IMG/VR virus record: IMGVR_UViG_3300021957_003133
Location: 1-64,000 of that record
From: a virus
Strand: one strand, 5' to 3'
DNA length: 64,000 nucleotides
The notes beneath the pieces were generated by a model. The model saw only the letters and a list, made by a program, of their open reading frames with translations. It made no database searches and was not told where the DNA came from. The position numbers and the translations under genes were made by a program. Positions within the stretch are counted from its first letter, which is position 1. Every line of letters starts with the position of its first letter. Positions 39,801 to 49,770 of this stretch are shown here, piece after piece.

Positions 39801-42800
39801 TTTTGATACACTGAGTAGTAAAATTAGTTATTATGAAGAGTGGGCTATACGTACAGGAGAATACGGAGCGATAGCAAGTAATCCTTTTGTTGAAATAGCT
39901 CTTGATGAAAAAGCAATATCAGTTAATCCTGCAACTATAAAATTTGTTGGTACTAATGATGCAAACGACGGAAACGGAGAAACAGTATTTAATCAAAGTC
40001 AACTTTATAAATTCTTGGACGGAGAAGGTGCTAAATTCAACGGCAACATTGCATTAAACAGAGACAGTGCAAGTAATTACGATAACGATATATTAACTGC
40101 TGGTTACGTTAATATAGATGATATAGATGCGACGGTATATGATATTAGTGATTACTCAACACTAAACGTATTAGCTGATGATATAGGAACAGGATATTCA
40201 ATATGGACTGCTAAAGACTTCAATGGTAACTGGAATGTCTATAGAGTATCTGAATCAGATAATCAAGTAACAACATTAACTAATGCTTTGGATGGATATG
40301 TTACTTGGACGTCAAGCGAACAGCACGGTCTCATTAAAGACAACATATTTTTAATACGTGGCTTTGATGATAAATTTGATGGCTTCTATCAAGTATATAG
40401 TGTACCTGATCTTAAGAGAGTTACATGCCAGTATCTTGGCAACAGTGAAAATTTAGATACCTTAAACACAGCCAATGGTCTTGGAATACTGTTTGTGTTA
40501 GATAGTCTAAGATTCCGATTTATGGAAGATGCAAGAATCTTTGGATTAACCAACCCTAAGCAAGGGTGGCGCACAGGTGATAAGATATGGATTGATGAAG
40601 ATGCCGCAACCACAGTAGAACAAGGACAACCGTATGATGTAGCTAGTGGCGGATGGAAAGTATACGAAAAAACTAATCCTTGGAATTACAAAGAAACATT
40701 ATTAAAGTCTAGTTCAGAATATAAAGCTGATGATGGCTTTGGTACAGCAGTTAAACTCAGCTATGACGGATTATTAGCAACAGTAGGAAGTCCTTTTGCA
40801 AACACTACACCTTACTATAGCGGTGGTGTTGAAGAAGTAACCGGAAAAGTTAATGTCTTTAATAAAGACTATGCAGGTAATTTACTGGTAGCCACTTCTT
40901 TAATACCTAAATCTGGTAACGCACAAGTGACTACAAGAGAATATGGTAGCTGTGTTGACCAAGCAGTTGAAAAAGTTGTTGTTGGTGCTCCGGGCAGTTA
41001 CGGGAACATAGGACTAGTTTATCTTTACAATAGACCAGCCGGAACTACAGAGTTTGAAGAGCCACAAATAATATGGAGTAAAGATGTTACGGCTACCGGA
41101 GATAGGTTTGGATCTAGTGTATCACTTAGTGAATATGGTGATTGGCTATATGTAGGTGCTCCAGGCAATGACAGAGTATATGTTTACGGATTAAACACAC
41201 ACGTATCGAAAGAAAAAGATACTGTAGCAATCAACAATCGCAACACTTTAAGACTCAGTGGAAACACAGCAGTGTTCCCAGGAGATTTCATTACATATCC
41301 TGTAACAGGTGCAAACGCCAACGTTATCTCGTCTGGTAACACATTTGTTGGGTCAAGCTGGGGTTCAAATATCGTAGTCAATACTGGAGTTGGATTTGAC
41401 ACCGGAAATGCCAATGCAAATGTAAGTATTAATTCAGTTGACTCGACTCTATATGCGACCAATCTTTACAGTGTATCAAATATTAGTAATATTAGAACAT
41501 CATTTACCCCAACAGTGTCCGGACAAGCTGATTCATTATTGGTTAGGAATTCAAACAGAACGTTTATCCCAGAACTAGATTATACACTTAGTGGAAATGT
41601 AATTACGTTCACTGGTAACTTAGCAGAGGATACTTATGTAATAACACAAGCACCTTACTATGTATTATCGAATACTATTCAAGGTGAAACAGGTAGTTCC
41701 TTTGGTTCTTCTATGGACTCAAGTCTCGATGGTGCCCAACTTGGTGTTGGTGCTCCTAATGCTAACGTTTTTGTAAGCGGCCAATGGATCCAAGGTGCTG
41801 GTGCTGTTTATGTATATGATAGAGTCATTGAAGCATTTAAGACTACAGGATCAATAACGTATACAACAACAGGAACTATTGATTTGGTACACAAAGTACA
41901 AATTGACGGAGTCACTGTTGAAGACTATGTTCCACCTACCATTGGCGGAACCACATTAACATTTATTAATCCTCCTCCTATAGGCAAAGTTGTTTACATT
42001 GAAACAAACGAATTTAATTTACTAGAAGAGTTAACTGGTATTGACAGCTTAGAAGGTGGAAATACAGCAATACAACAAGGTGCGGCATTTGGTACTGACT
42101 TAACTATTTGTTCAAACAACTGTGCGATTTATGTAGGTGCTCCGTATTATGATAACGGAACAGCATACAACACAGGAGCAGTTTGGAAATTCCACAACAG
42201 AGGTAGACTGTACGGAACTAACACAGGTGATATAAAAAATCCAACATTTACACCAGGCGACACTATACGCTTAGATAACTTTGAAATAACAGTTACAGGA
42301 ACAACACTAGACAGTTTAGTTAACGATATTAATTCAGCCGCGATTGTTGGGCTAGTAGCTAGTAACGAAAATGGATATCTTAAATTAGATACAGATTCGA
42401 CTGTAGCCAAAAACTTATTAAGGATACTGTCAGGAAGTGATAACGGTGTGTTACTGGATGCTGGTATTAAAGTATTTGCATTTATGCAAATCATAGTAAG
42501 TCCATATAATACCCAAGGTGAATACTTTGGTAACAAAGTAGTGCTGGCACAAAATGCTTACATGTTAGTGATTGGTAGTGAACGTGGTACTACTAAGAGT
42601 CCACTTACAATAGATACTGATACATTAACATTAGATGATGATAGTACAATCTTTACAGATGATATCGTTGGTAGTGGTAGTACTTACGTTTATGAATTAT
42701 ATGATGATCCTAGAGACGAAGTAGAAAATCCAGGGAGATATGCATTTGCTCAGCAATTGATAGTTCCAGATCTAGATGGTAATGTGCAAACTCCATCAGA

Positions 42801-45800
42801 TAGATTAAATTCGGGTGATAGATTTGGTGCCGCCATAGATGTTATGGGCGGAGAGATTATAGTGTCTGCTCCAGGAGACGACACACAAGGACTAGATACA
42901 GGCAGTGTTTACATATTCTCTGATCCAGAAATGACAAGAGGCTGGAATTTAATTAGATATCAACAACCTAGAGTTGATGTTGACACCGTTAATAGAATAT
43001 TCTTATACAGTAAACTAACTGATACTATATTAACTAATTTAGAATTTATTGATCCAGCAAAAGGTAAAATATTAGGTGTAGCAGATCAAGAAATTAGCTT
43101 TAAGACAGAATATGACCCTGCTGTTTATAATCGCGGAGAAAATGCTAACTCGGCCTTTAATTGGAACGAAGCACAAGTAAATCAAGTTTGGTGGAACTTA
43201 GAACAAGTACGCTTTATTGATTATGAACAAGGAAGTTTAGAATATCGTAGTATTAACTGGGGTAGATTATTCCCAGGAAGTATAGTAGAAATATGCGAGT
43301 GGGTAGAGAGTCCAGTATTACCTAGTGCATATGTTACTGCTGGTTATGATGGTGTACCTAAATATGCTGACGATAGTAACTATGTTGAGATATCTAAAGT
43401 TAACCCTACAACAAACATTATCGAAAGTGTCTATTACTTCTGGGTCACTGGTAAAACTAGTATAACAGGTATCGACGAAACTAGAAATTTAAGTATACAA
43501 ACAATATCAGATTACATAACAAATCCTAAATCACAAGGCATTGGTTATTCAGCAATTATACAAAACAATAGTATTATAGTTTATAATGTGTCTGAATATC
43601 TGTCAGCTTCAAATACTATATTACATCTTGATTATGACATACTAAAGAATTCAAGTCTTATACATTCTGAATACGAATTGATACAAGAAGGGAATCCAGT
43701 TGATTTAATACCAAACAAAATTGTTAATAAAATGATAGACAGTCTTGCAGGTATAGATGCTGATGGAAGATCAGTACCTGATCCTACACTAAGCCCAGCT
43801 GATAGATACGGTATTGATGTTCGCCCAAGACAAACAATATTCATTGATAGATTAAAAGCAATGAGTGATTTAATTACTCATGTTAATGCTATACTAATTT
43901 CCAAACCTATAGCAAGACAGTATGATTTAACTAATATGCTTAGTCAAGAGGCCGAACCTAATATTAAATTAAATGAATATGATCTTGCTATCGAAACTGA
44001 AATAGAGTTACCATATATAAACACAGATATCTTATCAACCGGGTATAAAGTTTTAGTAAAACAAAATACAGCAGAGGATAACTTATGGACTTTATACGAG
44101 CTTACAAGTAATAAGTCTTGGAAATTACTGAGAATACAAAGTTATAAAACTAGTCTGTATTGGTCGTATGTTGATTGGTATGCTGAAGGTTATGACAGTA
44201 ATGAAGTCATTGAGTATGTGGTTGATACTTTGCCTGATGCACTAAAATTATCAGCAAGCGTTGGTGACGAAATTAAGGTTAAAGTAACAACAAGCACAGG
44301 TGGCGGTTGGAACCTGCTTACTGTAACTAGTACAGGTAGTTATGAAGTTGTTGGTATTGAAAACGGAACAATACAATTAAATGAAAGTTTAGGTGACTTT
44401 GCTGATAATGAAATTGGTTACAGTAACCAAGGATATGATGATGGACGACTTGACCAAAGTCCAAATATTGAAACAAGATATATTATAAATGCATTAAGGA
44501 ATGATATATTCATTGGAGAGTTACAAGGACAATTTAATGAACTATTCTTTGTAATGGTTAACTACCTATTCACTGAACAACTAAGTGTAGATTGGATATT
44601 CAAATCTAGTTTCATTAGTGTAACACAATATCTTCGAACACTAGGACAACCAGCTAACTACGTTAAAGATAATTTAACTTATTATGAAAATTATATAGAA
44701 GAAGTAAAACCATATAGAACTAAAATACGAGAATATTTAACAAACTATACTAGCGATGATCCGTTTGGTGGTGACATAACTGATTTTGATCTTGCACCTT
44801 ATTATGATCAAGATCTAGAAACTTTCCGATCACCAAACGGAGAGCACATTACCAAAGATACTCAATTATGGAGTACAGGCTATCTTCCTAACAATGGCGG
44901 GCTAGTTAATATTGATTATCCAAACTGGTATAATAATAGAACATTTGTTGTTGATAGTATAATCGTAAGCAATGTGGGCAGTGGATACACTAGTGCACCT
45001 ACAGTAACCGTATCAGGCGGCGGAAGTAATATACAAGCAACTGCTACAGCGACTATAAATGGAGATACTGGTAGTGTAACTGCAATAACTGTAGTGACTG
45101 AAGGGCAAGACTACACGTCAACTCCGACAGTAACAATTAACGGAACAACTGTTAGTAATGTTACTGTGATTGGTGGTAATGCAAATATACAATCAAATAC
45201 ATATACTGTTAATTCAACTGTTGGATTGTTTGTTGGCATGGCCGCTAATGTAGCGTTTGCCGCAAATACTATTATAGAAAATATTGATCGTGGTAATTTA
45301 GAAATTACTATGACTACAGCTAATACTAGTGCATTTACTAACACAGCAATTAGCTTTGGATTTACTACGTCAACAGAGCAAGGAATACTAGCAACAGCTT
45401 ATCCTGTATTAAAAAATAATAAAATAAGAACTTTTGACAGTACATTAAAGTTTGATAGAATCACATATAGTACAGAAGTTCAACCATGGCAAGCAAACAC
45501 ATTCTTCCAAGCTAATACTATTGTTAGTTTTGGAAATGTTGGCTACCAGGTAACAGCAAATGTAACCACTGGTAATACATTTGTGCTTGACAACTATACA
45601 GTTTATCCAGCGGCTGATTTTAAAAATGCTAACGATCGTATCATGGCATACTATAGTCCACAGTCGGATATGGAGGCAAAAGATCTAAATCAACTTATCC
45701 CAGGAATTGAATATCCTGGAGTGCAAGTACAAGGATTAAACTTTAACCAACAACCAGGTATAGGTGGAGACATTGTAGCTAACATTACGTTTAGTGGTAG

Positions 45801-47442
45801 TCACGGTTTAGTATCTGGTCATACAGGTAATATAATCATACAGCCTGAAGCTGACGTACTAGTAAACTTTGTAGCTAGCCATCCGTTTACTGTAGAAGGT
45901 GACGTAGCTATATATCCATACTATAATGTGTTCACAGCTAACATTGGAGATCATATTACCCAACCAAGCACTGGTGCAAATGCCATAGTGTACGGTAATG
46001 CTCTCGGAACAATACAAGGTAATATAGATAGTTCTGCATCGGGTTACTTTATTAAGAACAACGATTTTACTTTTAATGACACAGGAAATTTGTTTATCAA
46101 TGGTGATACGCTTCTAAGCAGTAATGTGTTTGCGGCGAATACCAGTACATGGTCTAATGTTAGTATTTTACCATTGTCAAGTACTATAGCATTGACTACA
46201 CAAGTTGAACACCCTGTGCTAGATGCTAATTTATCTGTAACCAAAGTATGGTCAGCAGTTAAAGTACAAGGTACTATAAAATCAACAGCAGACTTTGTGT
46301 TAAGTGACACATCAATTACTAACGGTAATATCAGAGTCGACGGAGTGTGGAAATCAGTATATCCAACAGCCGTTGACTTTATAAGTTCTTTAAGCAATCC
46401 ATATGACTCAACAGTGTTTGACGCTGTAGACTACGATGAAGATGGTAACGAAATTCTTAGTCAATATGCTGTTGATACTATCATACGCAGTACTTACACA
46501 GATACTGCATTAGGAAGTAGACCGGAAGATATTAATGTAGACGGTGGGGAGTATGTTGATCGTTGGTCGAGCCATGCTCCTGAAGAGCTAGTCCCAGGAA
46601 TAGTATTTGATACATTGAATATGAAAATATTTACAGCAAATATTGATACGTATGCAAACGCTAACCTTACAGTCGGCTATAGAATACAGACTTATGCAGA
46701 TGGTACAACAGATTTCTTAAGGATTGCTGACAACTATAGTACAACAACTGCTAAACAAGTTGCTAGAGACGATACTGAAATTTTTGTAAATGATGCTAGT
46801 GTATTATCTACTCCTAATCGAGCACTCAATGATCCAGGTGTGGTATACATCAATGGAGAAAGAATACACTTCTGGAGAAACTATAGTGCAGAAGTAGTTA
46901 ATTGGACAGCAAATACTGCCTACGGTAATACTGCTGTTATTAGATATGACAGCAATGTTTATGTAACTACAGCAAACGTCAGTGCTAATGCAGTATTTGA
47001 CACTGCTAATGTTAGAGCTATATTCTCTGCTAATGCAATAGGTCAGATAAGACGGGGAACTTGGCAAACAGCGATAACAAATGTGATTGCAAATGGAACT
47101 AGTGTTGTTGACGGTAGTGACAAAACACAGAAAGTACCAAACAGTGGGTTTGGAAATGTTACTTTAGCTAGTAACCTAACAGTCGGAAATGCTTATGTAA
47201 GAACTATTCTAGCAGGAACAACTCTTGTTACATCAAACACTTGGCAAAATCCAGGAACAGTAACAGCCGCTGACGGAACAGGATTCAATGGCGGAGTCAC
47301 AGAACAAATACTGTTCTTGAAAGAACAGGCCGCTGATCGTGAAGCAGAAATAGCTGAACTACCTGGCGAAACAATGACAACAGAACTCGGAACTGATGCT
47401 CTCATAACTGAGGATTTAGCCGACGTAATTACAACGGAATAA
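33865..47442 (+). CDS. Giant baseplate protein (gp7 position) with FG-GAP propeller and Ig-like modules
   Basis: 4525-aa uninterrupted ORF after gp6; seven FG-GAP-like blades; EVKPYRTKIR; GSGYTSAPTVT repeats. Confidence 0.75.
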   Translation: MAARKSINLLPGVFRTDVNEKFLNATVDQLVSEPSLTDLYGYIGRQFAPTFKKGDSYITEETTLRQDYQLEPTTVIKDNEGNTTFFASYLDFLNKVKYYGGYTEDQSRLFASEYYSFDPQVSLDKFVNFGQYYWLPNGPSTVQVNTTGVELIKDYTVSRNDNQNQYDFTSSGEQNNTLVLARGGTYTFAVDQSAGFWIQTELGIDGLVNVTPTISSRAVLGVENNGATNGTVTFTVPQSDAQDRFLSQNTIATVDYALPLPFSKVQNRLLSDFLVEYPQFAGLAGQLDGKTAVFVEQDTLTNVENAWTVAYENSGESVEFDFGETVPQGSRYGVWQIQLITSGSDKLINIFPTTVIPFDNKVYIKSGINFVNKEFYKEFTEFLEPVPVISSILDTLYIQDGDRADIYAKIKIVDFNNFTIDVNADILGENTYTSPNGVEFTSGLKIKFDSDVTPTTYQEKTYYVENVGEGIRLVDETLLVTPETYNDEVATNYPIQRIMLTKATTAEITAGTVITVGDNSIEVNTDIAIGATKITTLDSISAVEKGQVVTGAGIQSATVVYDAFADTIFPDYITIKRDALDLNAWSRSNRWVHSAIIEASATYNNEVLVLSQDLRAQRPIVQFEGDLQLFNHGRIGKRHVDIVDTQITDAFIELEGKVLTTAFGVTLFDGMRVLFANDNDPLVRNKIYNLNLVQYEVDAEGFPEGTFHIKLTKADDGDGQEWDSVVVGLGASKGHSYWYNGTEWKLAQQKTGTQQDPLFDVYDTAGKSLSNLDYYPRSSFVGTKLFGYDRGTTGVNDKILGFPLNYRSFSSQGDILFANYFNTDIFNYVVGLETKKINVNTGYLQSIQTDRTTKPKNTWQTVNESSRQYQVFEFEYTATTDNPFALDITPKQQDTHGFTDTVPYVKVYQNQKILKQTHWSISATNRITVSATLAVGDIINVLVYSEQVSEQAYYQVPLNLDLNAQNTDITTLTLGQVRNHVVALGQNSTALVGDILGKSNLRDLAIKGQGGSILQHSAPIPYAELFLIDEKANFIDSIQFAQREYAKFKNKFLELAISLPGVDSADAVASVDTIIAQINLNKNVSTPWHYSDMVPTGTLRETITYKVFDPLVLSYEITSIFSSTTLSNQAVLVYLNGTQLILGRDYSFDTTRPAVDFDSNYVTFAVDDIITIVEYANTDGCYIPETPSKVGTYPKFEPELILDDTYKSAITVIRGHDGSITPAFDDYRDNLLLELEKRIYNNIKIPDTNTYQTELLTALPGKFRDSGYTYSEVWNAVATGFMTWVGKNRVDFSTNNTFLSNDPFSWNYSRFVDRLDREYLPGSWRAIYQYYYDTIYPHQRPWEMLGFSSQPDWWEDRYGVGPYTGGNKLLWDDLEAGKIYGGPRSLVDMGSGVGIDTNYVRPGLSQIIPVDQNGYLLSPEKVVALASNSTDAATSWSIGQLGPTEWAWRSSSDYPYVLQQAMAVLKPAVYFGRFIDTYNIRYNTDIKQYLTLTDKHHVQQDEIVYNGYINPLIPTVINRGAGYLNWIADYLRSHGVTPSVKINPMLENYNVKLAYKMAGFSDKKYLQVLAEQSSPSSTSTSIMIPDENYDLLLNKSAPTDKITYSAVIVEKATNGFTVRGYDLHIPYFTIIPSVSNNNSYSISVQDESGTIFNDYQNVKLTVPYGYEFKTQQQVVDFLIGYERYLKAQGFTFNDRDGDLAETRDWKLSVKEFLFWAQQGWREGSILVLSPVTNSIKVVTENNIVDGIEDSQYGSKVVDQNFNIVKNTGYQITRTSNNFSVTLQDDNMLALVQLSLVQYEHVLVFDNTTVFNDVIYRPELGNRQFRLKLIGQKTNLWDGSLYAPGFVYNDELVPEWQVGVDYLKGQLIEFKDQYYVALTNVPGATEFNFTTWKQISKSEIKSGLLSNFSTTAVESQSYYDSYGEIKDKDQMAYSHGLIGYKPRQYLDDLGLTETTQIEFYKGYIGQKGTKNAIDALSKADFDTLSSKISYYEEWAIRTGEYGAIASNPFVEIALDEKAISVNPATIKFVGTNDANDGNGETVFNQSQLYKFLDGEGAKFNGNIALNRDSASNYDNDILTAGYVNIDDIDATVYDISDYSTLNVLADDIGTGYSIWTAKDFNGNWNVYRVSESDNQVTTLTNALDGYVTWTSSEQHGLIKDNIFLIRGFDDKFDGFYQVYSVPDLKRVTCQYLGNSENLDTLNTANGLGILFVLDSLRFRFMEDARIFGLTNPKQGWRTGDKIWIDEDAATTVEQGQPYDVASGGWKVYEKTNPWNYKETLLKSSSEYKADDGFGTAVKLSYDGLLATVGSPFANTTPYYSGGVEEVTGKVNVFNKDYAGNLLVATSLIPKSGNAQVTTREYGSCVDQAVEKVVVGAPGSYGNIGLVYLYNRPAGTTEFEEPQIIWSKDVTATGDRFGSSVSLSEYGDWLYVGAPGNDRVYVYGLNTHVSKEKDTVAINNRNTLRLSGNTAVFPGDFITYPVTGANANVISSGNTFVGSSWGSNIVVNTGVGFDTGNANANVSINSVDSTLYATNLYSVSNISNIRTSFTPTVSGQADSLLVRNSNRTFIPELDYTLSGNVITFTGNLAEDTYVITQAPYYVLSNTIQGETGSSFGSSMDSSLDGAQLGVGAPNANVFVSGQWIQGAGAVYVYDRVIEAFKTTGSITYTTTGTIDLVHKVQIDGVTVEDYVPPTIGGTTLTFINPPPIGKVVYIETNEFNLLEELTGIDSLEGGNTAIQQGAAFGTDLTICSNNCAIYVGAPYYDNGTAYNTGAVWKFHNRGRLYGTNTGDIKNPTFTPGDTIRLDNFEITVTGTTLDSLVNDINSAAIVGLVASNENGYLKLDTDSTVAKNLLRILSGSDNGVLLDAGIKVFAFMQIIVSPYNTQGEYFGNKVVLAQNAYMLVIGSERGTTKSPLTIDTDTLTLDDDSTIFTDDIVGSGSTYVYELYDDPRDEVENPGRYAFAQQLIVPDLDGNVQTPSDRLNSGDRFGAAIDVMGGEIIVSAPGDDTQGLDTGSVYIFSDPEMTRGWNLIRYQQPRVDVDTVNRIFLYSKLTDTILTNLEFIDPAKGKILGVADQEISFKTEYDPAVYNRGENANSAFNWNEAQVNQVWWNLEQVRFIDYEQGSLEYRSINWGRLFPGSIVEICEWVESPVLPSAYVTAGYDGVPKYADDSNYVEISKVNPTTNIIESVYYFWVTGKTSITGIDETRNLSIQTISDYITNPKSQGIGYSAIIQNNSIIVYNVSEYLSASNTILHLDYDILKNSSLIHSEYELIQEGNPVDLIPNKIVNKMIDSLAGIDADGRSVPDPTLSPADRYGIDVRPRQTIFIDRLKAMSDLITHVNAILISKPIARQYDLTNMLSQEAEPNIKLNEYDLAIETEIELPYINTDILSTGYKVLVKQNTAEDNLWTLYELTSNKSWKLLRIQSYKTSLYWSYVDWYAEGYDSNEVIEYVVDTLPDALKLSASVGDEIKVKVTTSTGGGWNLLTVTSTGSYEVVGIENGTIQLNESLGDFADNEIGYSNQGYDDGRLDQSPNIETRYIINALRNDIFIGELQGQFNELFFVMVNYLFTEQLSVDWIFKSSFISVTQYLRTLGQPANYVKDNLTYYENYIEEVKPYRTKIREYLTNYTSDDPFGGDITDFDLAPYYDQDLETFRSPNGEHITKDTQLWSTGYLPNNGGLVNIDYPNWYNNRTFVVDSIIVSNVGSGYTSAPTVTVSGGGSNIQATATATINGDTGSVTAITVVTEGQDYTSTPTVTINGTTVSNVTVIGGNANIQSNTYTVNSTVGLFVGMAANVAFAANTIIENIDRGNLEITMTTANTSAFTNTAISFGFTTSTEQGILATAYPVLKNNKIRTFDSTLKFDRITYSTEVQPWQANTFFQANTIVSFGNVGYQVTANVTTGNTFVLDNYTVYPAADFKNANDRIMAYYSPQSDMEAKDLNQLIPGIEYPGVQVQGLNFNQQPGIGGDIVANITFSGSHGLVSGHTGNIIIQPEADVLVNFVASHPFTVEGDVAIYPYYNVFTANIGDHITQPSTGANAIVYGNALGTIQGNIDSSASGYFIKNNDFTFNDTGNLFINGDTLLSSNVFAANTSTWSNVSILPLSSTIALTTQVEHPVLDANLSVTKVWSAVKVQGTIKSTADFVLSDTSITNGNIRVDGVWKSVYPTAVDFISSLSNPYDSTVFDAVDYDEDGNEILSQYAVDTIIRSTYTDTALGSRPEDINVDGGEYVDRWSSHAPEELVPGIVFDTLNMKIFTANIDTYANANLTVGYRIQTYADGTTDFLRIADNYSTTTAKQVARDDTEIFVNDASVLSTPNRALNDPGVVYINGERIHFWRNYSAEVVNWTANTAYGNTAVIRYDSNVYVTTANVSANAVFDTANVRAIFSANAIGQIRRGTWQTAITNVIANGTSVVDGSDKTQKVPNSGFGNVTLASNLTVGNAYVRTILAGTTLVTSNTWQNPGTVTAADGTGFNGGVTEQILFLKEQAADREAEIAELPGETMTTELGTDALITEDLADVITTE

Positions 47443-47445
47443 ATA
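47438..47445 (+). promoter_or_regulatory. Late promoter (AATAAATA)
   Basis: Overlaps the stop of the giant gene, upstream of the fibre gene. Confidence 0.65.
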
Positions 47446-47466
47446 GTGTACATAGGATAAGAAATT

Positions 47467-49098
47467 ATGGCAATTAAAATAAGTGAACTAGCAAATTTAA
47501 CAGCGTATACAGACTCTGTCTTTATCCCTGTTGTTGAAACTGCTGGTAACACATTTTCAACAGTAAAGTCAACGTCGAGTGAGTTAAAAACTTACGTGCT
47601 TGGTACTATACCATCTGAGATCAGTGATTTAACAGCAAACACAACAGCACAAGCGACTGCAATATATAATGCTGAGGTAGCTATAGTTACAGCTAACATT
47701 GGACAGATAGGTTATACTGACAACAAGGTACTAACTGCTAACATTGGACAGATAGGTTACACTGACAACAAAGTTACAACAGCTAACATTGGTCAGATAG
47801 GTTACACTGATAACAAAGTTTCAACAGCCAACGTTGCCATGAAAGGATATGTTGATTTTGCTAATACCACAATGACATCTTATGTCAATGATGTAGCAAC
47901 AAGAACGTCATATGGTAATGCTAATGTAACAGCATTTCTACCAACATACAATGGTACTATTGCAACAGTAACTAATGCTAACATTGGTCAGATAGGTTAT
48001 ACTGACAACAAGGTTACAACAGCTAACATTGGACAGATAGGTTATACCCTTAACCAAATTAACATATCTAACATTGGTACTATTGGATATATAGCACAAC
48101 AAATTAATATATCAAACGTTGGGCAAATAGGATATACAGATAACAAAGTATCAGTAGCAAATATCGGACAAATTGGTTATACCAACGATAGAGTTACAAC
48201 AGCTAATATTGGGCAAATTGGTTATACAGACAACGAAGTACTAACTGCTAACATCGGGCAAATTGGATACACCGATAATAAAGTTACAACTGCTAACATT
48301 GGACAGATAGGATTTACAAATGAAACAGTAACACAAGCCAATGTTGGAATGAAAGGTTATGTTGATCAAGAAGTGATCGCGGCTGGTGGTTATAGTAATG
48401 TTAACACAACAGCATTCTTAGTGGCGGCAAGTGTACCTATTAATACATCAGCTAATGTTAGTGGTGCTATAGTAAATGCGGGTGCCGCAACAGTAACTGG
48501 CACTATTGCAGGAGCGATAGGAACATTTACTGGAAATGTAATAGGTGGGCAGGCACAATTCTCAGCATTAAATTCAACTCCGGTCGGAAATGCAGTAGCA
48601 AGTACTGGAACATTTACTACACTTACTGTTCCGAGTGTTACCAAAAATGGTACAGATGGAGTAGGTGATATCGGACAAACAGGCAATAGATTTGCAGTGA
48701 TATATGGTCAATCTACTTCAGCAGAATACGCTGATTTGGCAGAAAAATATGTGTCAGATACCGACTACGACTCAGGAACAGTATTAGAGTTTGGCGGCGA
48801 ACATGAAGTCACACTAGCGTCAAATGAAACTGTTAGAGTAGCAGGAATAGTTTCAACACAACCAGCATTTAAAATGAATGATGATCTTGTAGCAGACCAT
48901 GTAGTAATGATAGCATTACAAGGAAGAGTTCCGTGTAAGGTTGAAGGAACAATACAAAAAGGAGACATGCTAGTTTCAGCAGGTAACGGTAAAGCTAAAG
49001 CAACAAATAATCCACAATTTGGCACTGTTATTGGAAAAGCATTGCAAGAACATCAAGGAGCCGACGGCATTATAGAAGTAGTTGTTGGACGATTATAG
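47467..49098 (+). CDS. Tail fibre-like protein with 15-aa repeats and C-terminal intramolecular chaperone-like domain
   Basis: (TANIGQIGYTDNKVx)n repeats; C-terminal YADLAEKY...GRVPCKV...KGDMLVS. Confidence 0.8.
   Translation: MAIKISELANLTAYTDSVFIPVVETAGNTFSTVKSTSSELKTYVLGTIPSEISDLTANTTAQATAIYNAEVAIVTANIGQIGYTDNKVLTANIGQIGYTDNKVTTANIGQIGYTDNKVSTANVAMKGYVDFANTTMTSYVNDVATRTSYGNANVTAFLPTYNGTIATVTNANIGQIGYTDNKVTTANIGQIGYTLNQINISNIGTIGYIAQQINISNVGQIGYTDNKVSVANIGQIGYTNDRVTTANIGQIGYTDNEVLTANIGQIGYTDNKVTTANIGQIGFTNETVTQANVGMKGYVDQEVIAAGGYSNVNTTAFLVAASVPINTSANVSGAIVNAGAATVTGTIAGAIGTFTGNVIGGQAQFSALNSTPVGNAVASTGTFTTLTVPSVTKNGTDGVGDIGQTGNRFAVIYGQSTSAEYADLAEKYVSDTDYDSGTVLEFGGEHEVTLASNETVRVAGIVSTQPAFKMNDDLVADHVVMIALQGRVPCKVEGTIQKGDMLVSAGNGKAKATNNPQFGTVIGKALQEHQGADGIIEVVVGRL
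47689..48378 (+). repeat. Coding 45-nt tandem repeats (4 + 9 units)
   Basis: Units start at 47689, 47734, 47779, 47824 and at 47974 to 48334 in 45-nt steps; the best-conserved units differ mostly at synonymous positions. Confidence 0.9.
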
Positions 49099-49100
49099 GC

Positions 49101-49108
49101 GATAAATA
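49101..49108 (+). promoter_or_regulatory. Late promoter (GATAAATA), leaderless arrangement
   Basis: 5 nt before ATG 49114. Confidence 0.7.
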
Positions 49109-49113
49109 AGCAT

Positions 49114-49770
49114 ATGGACAATAAGAAGCAAGAAGATTCTATGGATAATCAAACAAAAAACAAGCAACCTGATGAAAAAAGTGGAATACTTCTACAAGGG
49201 CATATTAAAATATTTGACCCTGATTCAGATGAAGTTTATGTAGATAAACGCAATGCTATTCACTATGAAAATATGAGTGAAGCATTGGCACTTAATGTAG
49301 GTAACAAAGACAGTCAATTCATCACTGAGATGCATTTTGGCAACGGTGGTACCACTGTTGACCCAACTGGTGTTATTACATATCTACCTACAAATACTAA
49401 TGTGCAAAATGCAGATTTATACAGTCCACAGTACTACAAGATAGTAGATAATACAAATTCAGCAAATGCTGATCCTACTAGAAACAAGATAGAGGTTATT
49501 CATACTCCAGGGTTAATTTATACTGATATCGTGATTAGCTGTTTATTAGATTACGGTGAGCCCAGTGGGCAAGCTGTTTTTGATAATAGTCAAACACTGA
49601 ACGGTGATTTTGTATTTGATGAGCTAGGACTTAAAGGCTACAGTTCAAGTGGAGTAGGACTTGGAAAATTATTAACACATGTGATTTTTAGTCCAGTGCA
49701 AAAATCATTGAACAGGTTGATACAGATTGATTACACTGTAAGAATACAGACATTAACAAATTTAACATAG
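49114..49770 (+). CDS. Baseplate/fibre-attachment structural protein
   Basis: 218 aa; NAIHYEN, FDELGL, THVIFSPVQKSLNR..I.YT motifs; structural context. Confidence 0.65.
   Translation: MDNKKQEDSMDNQTKNKQPDEKSGILLQGHIKIFDPDSDEVYVDKRNAIHYENMSEALALNVGNKDSQFITEMHFGNGGTTVDPTGVITYLPTNTNVQNADLYSPQYYKIVDNTNSANADPTRNKIEVIHTPGLIYTDIVISCLLDYGEPSGQAVFDNSQTLNGDFVFDELGLKGYSSSGVGLGKLLTHVIFSPVQKSLNRLIQIDYTVRIQTLTNLT

Noticed and set aside
47689-48378. 45-nt tandem repeats as a CRISPR array or DGR repeat pair
   Set aside because: Repeats are contiguous and in frame with no unique spacers; no cas or reverse transcriptase gene is in the window.
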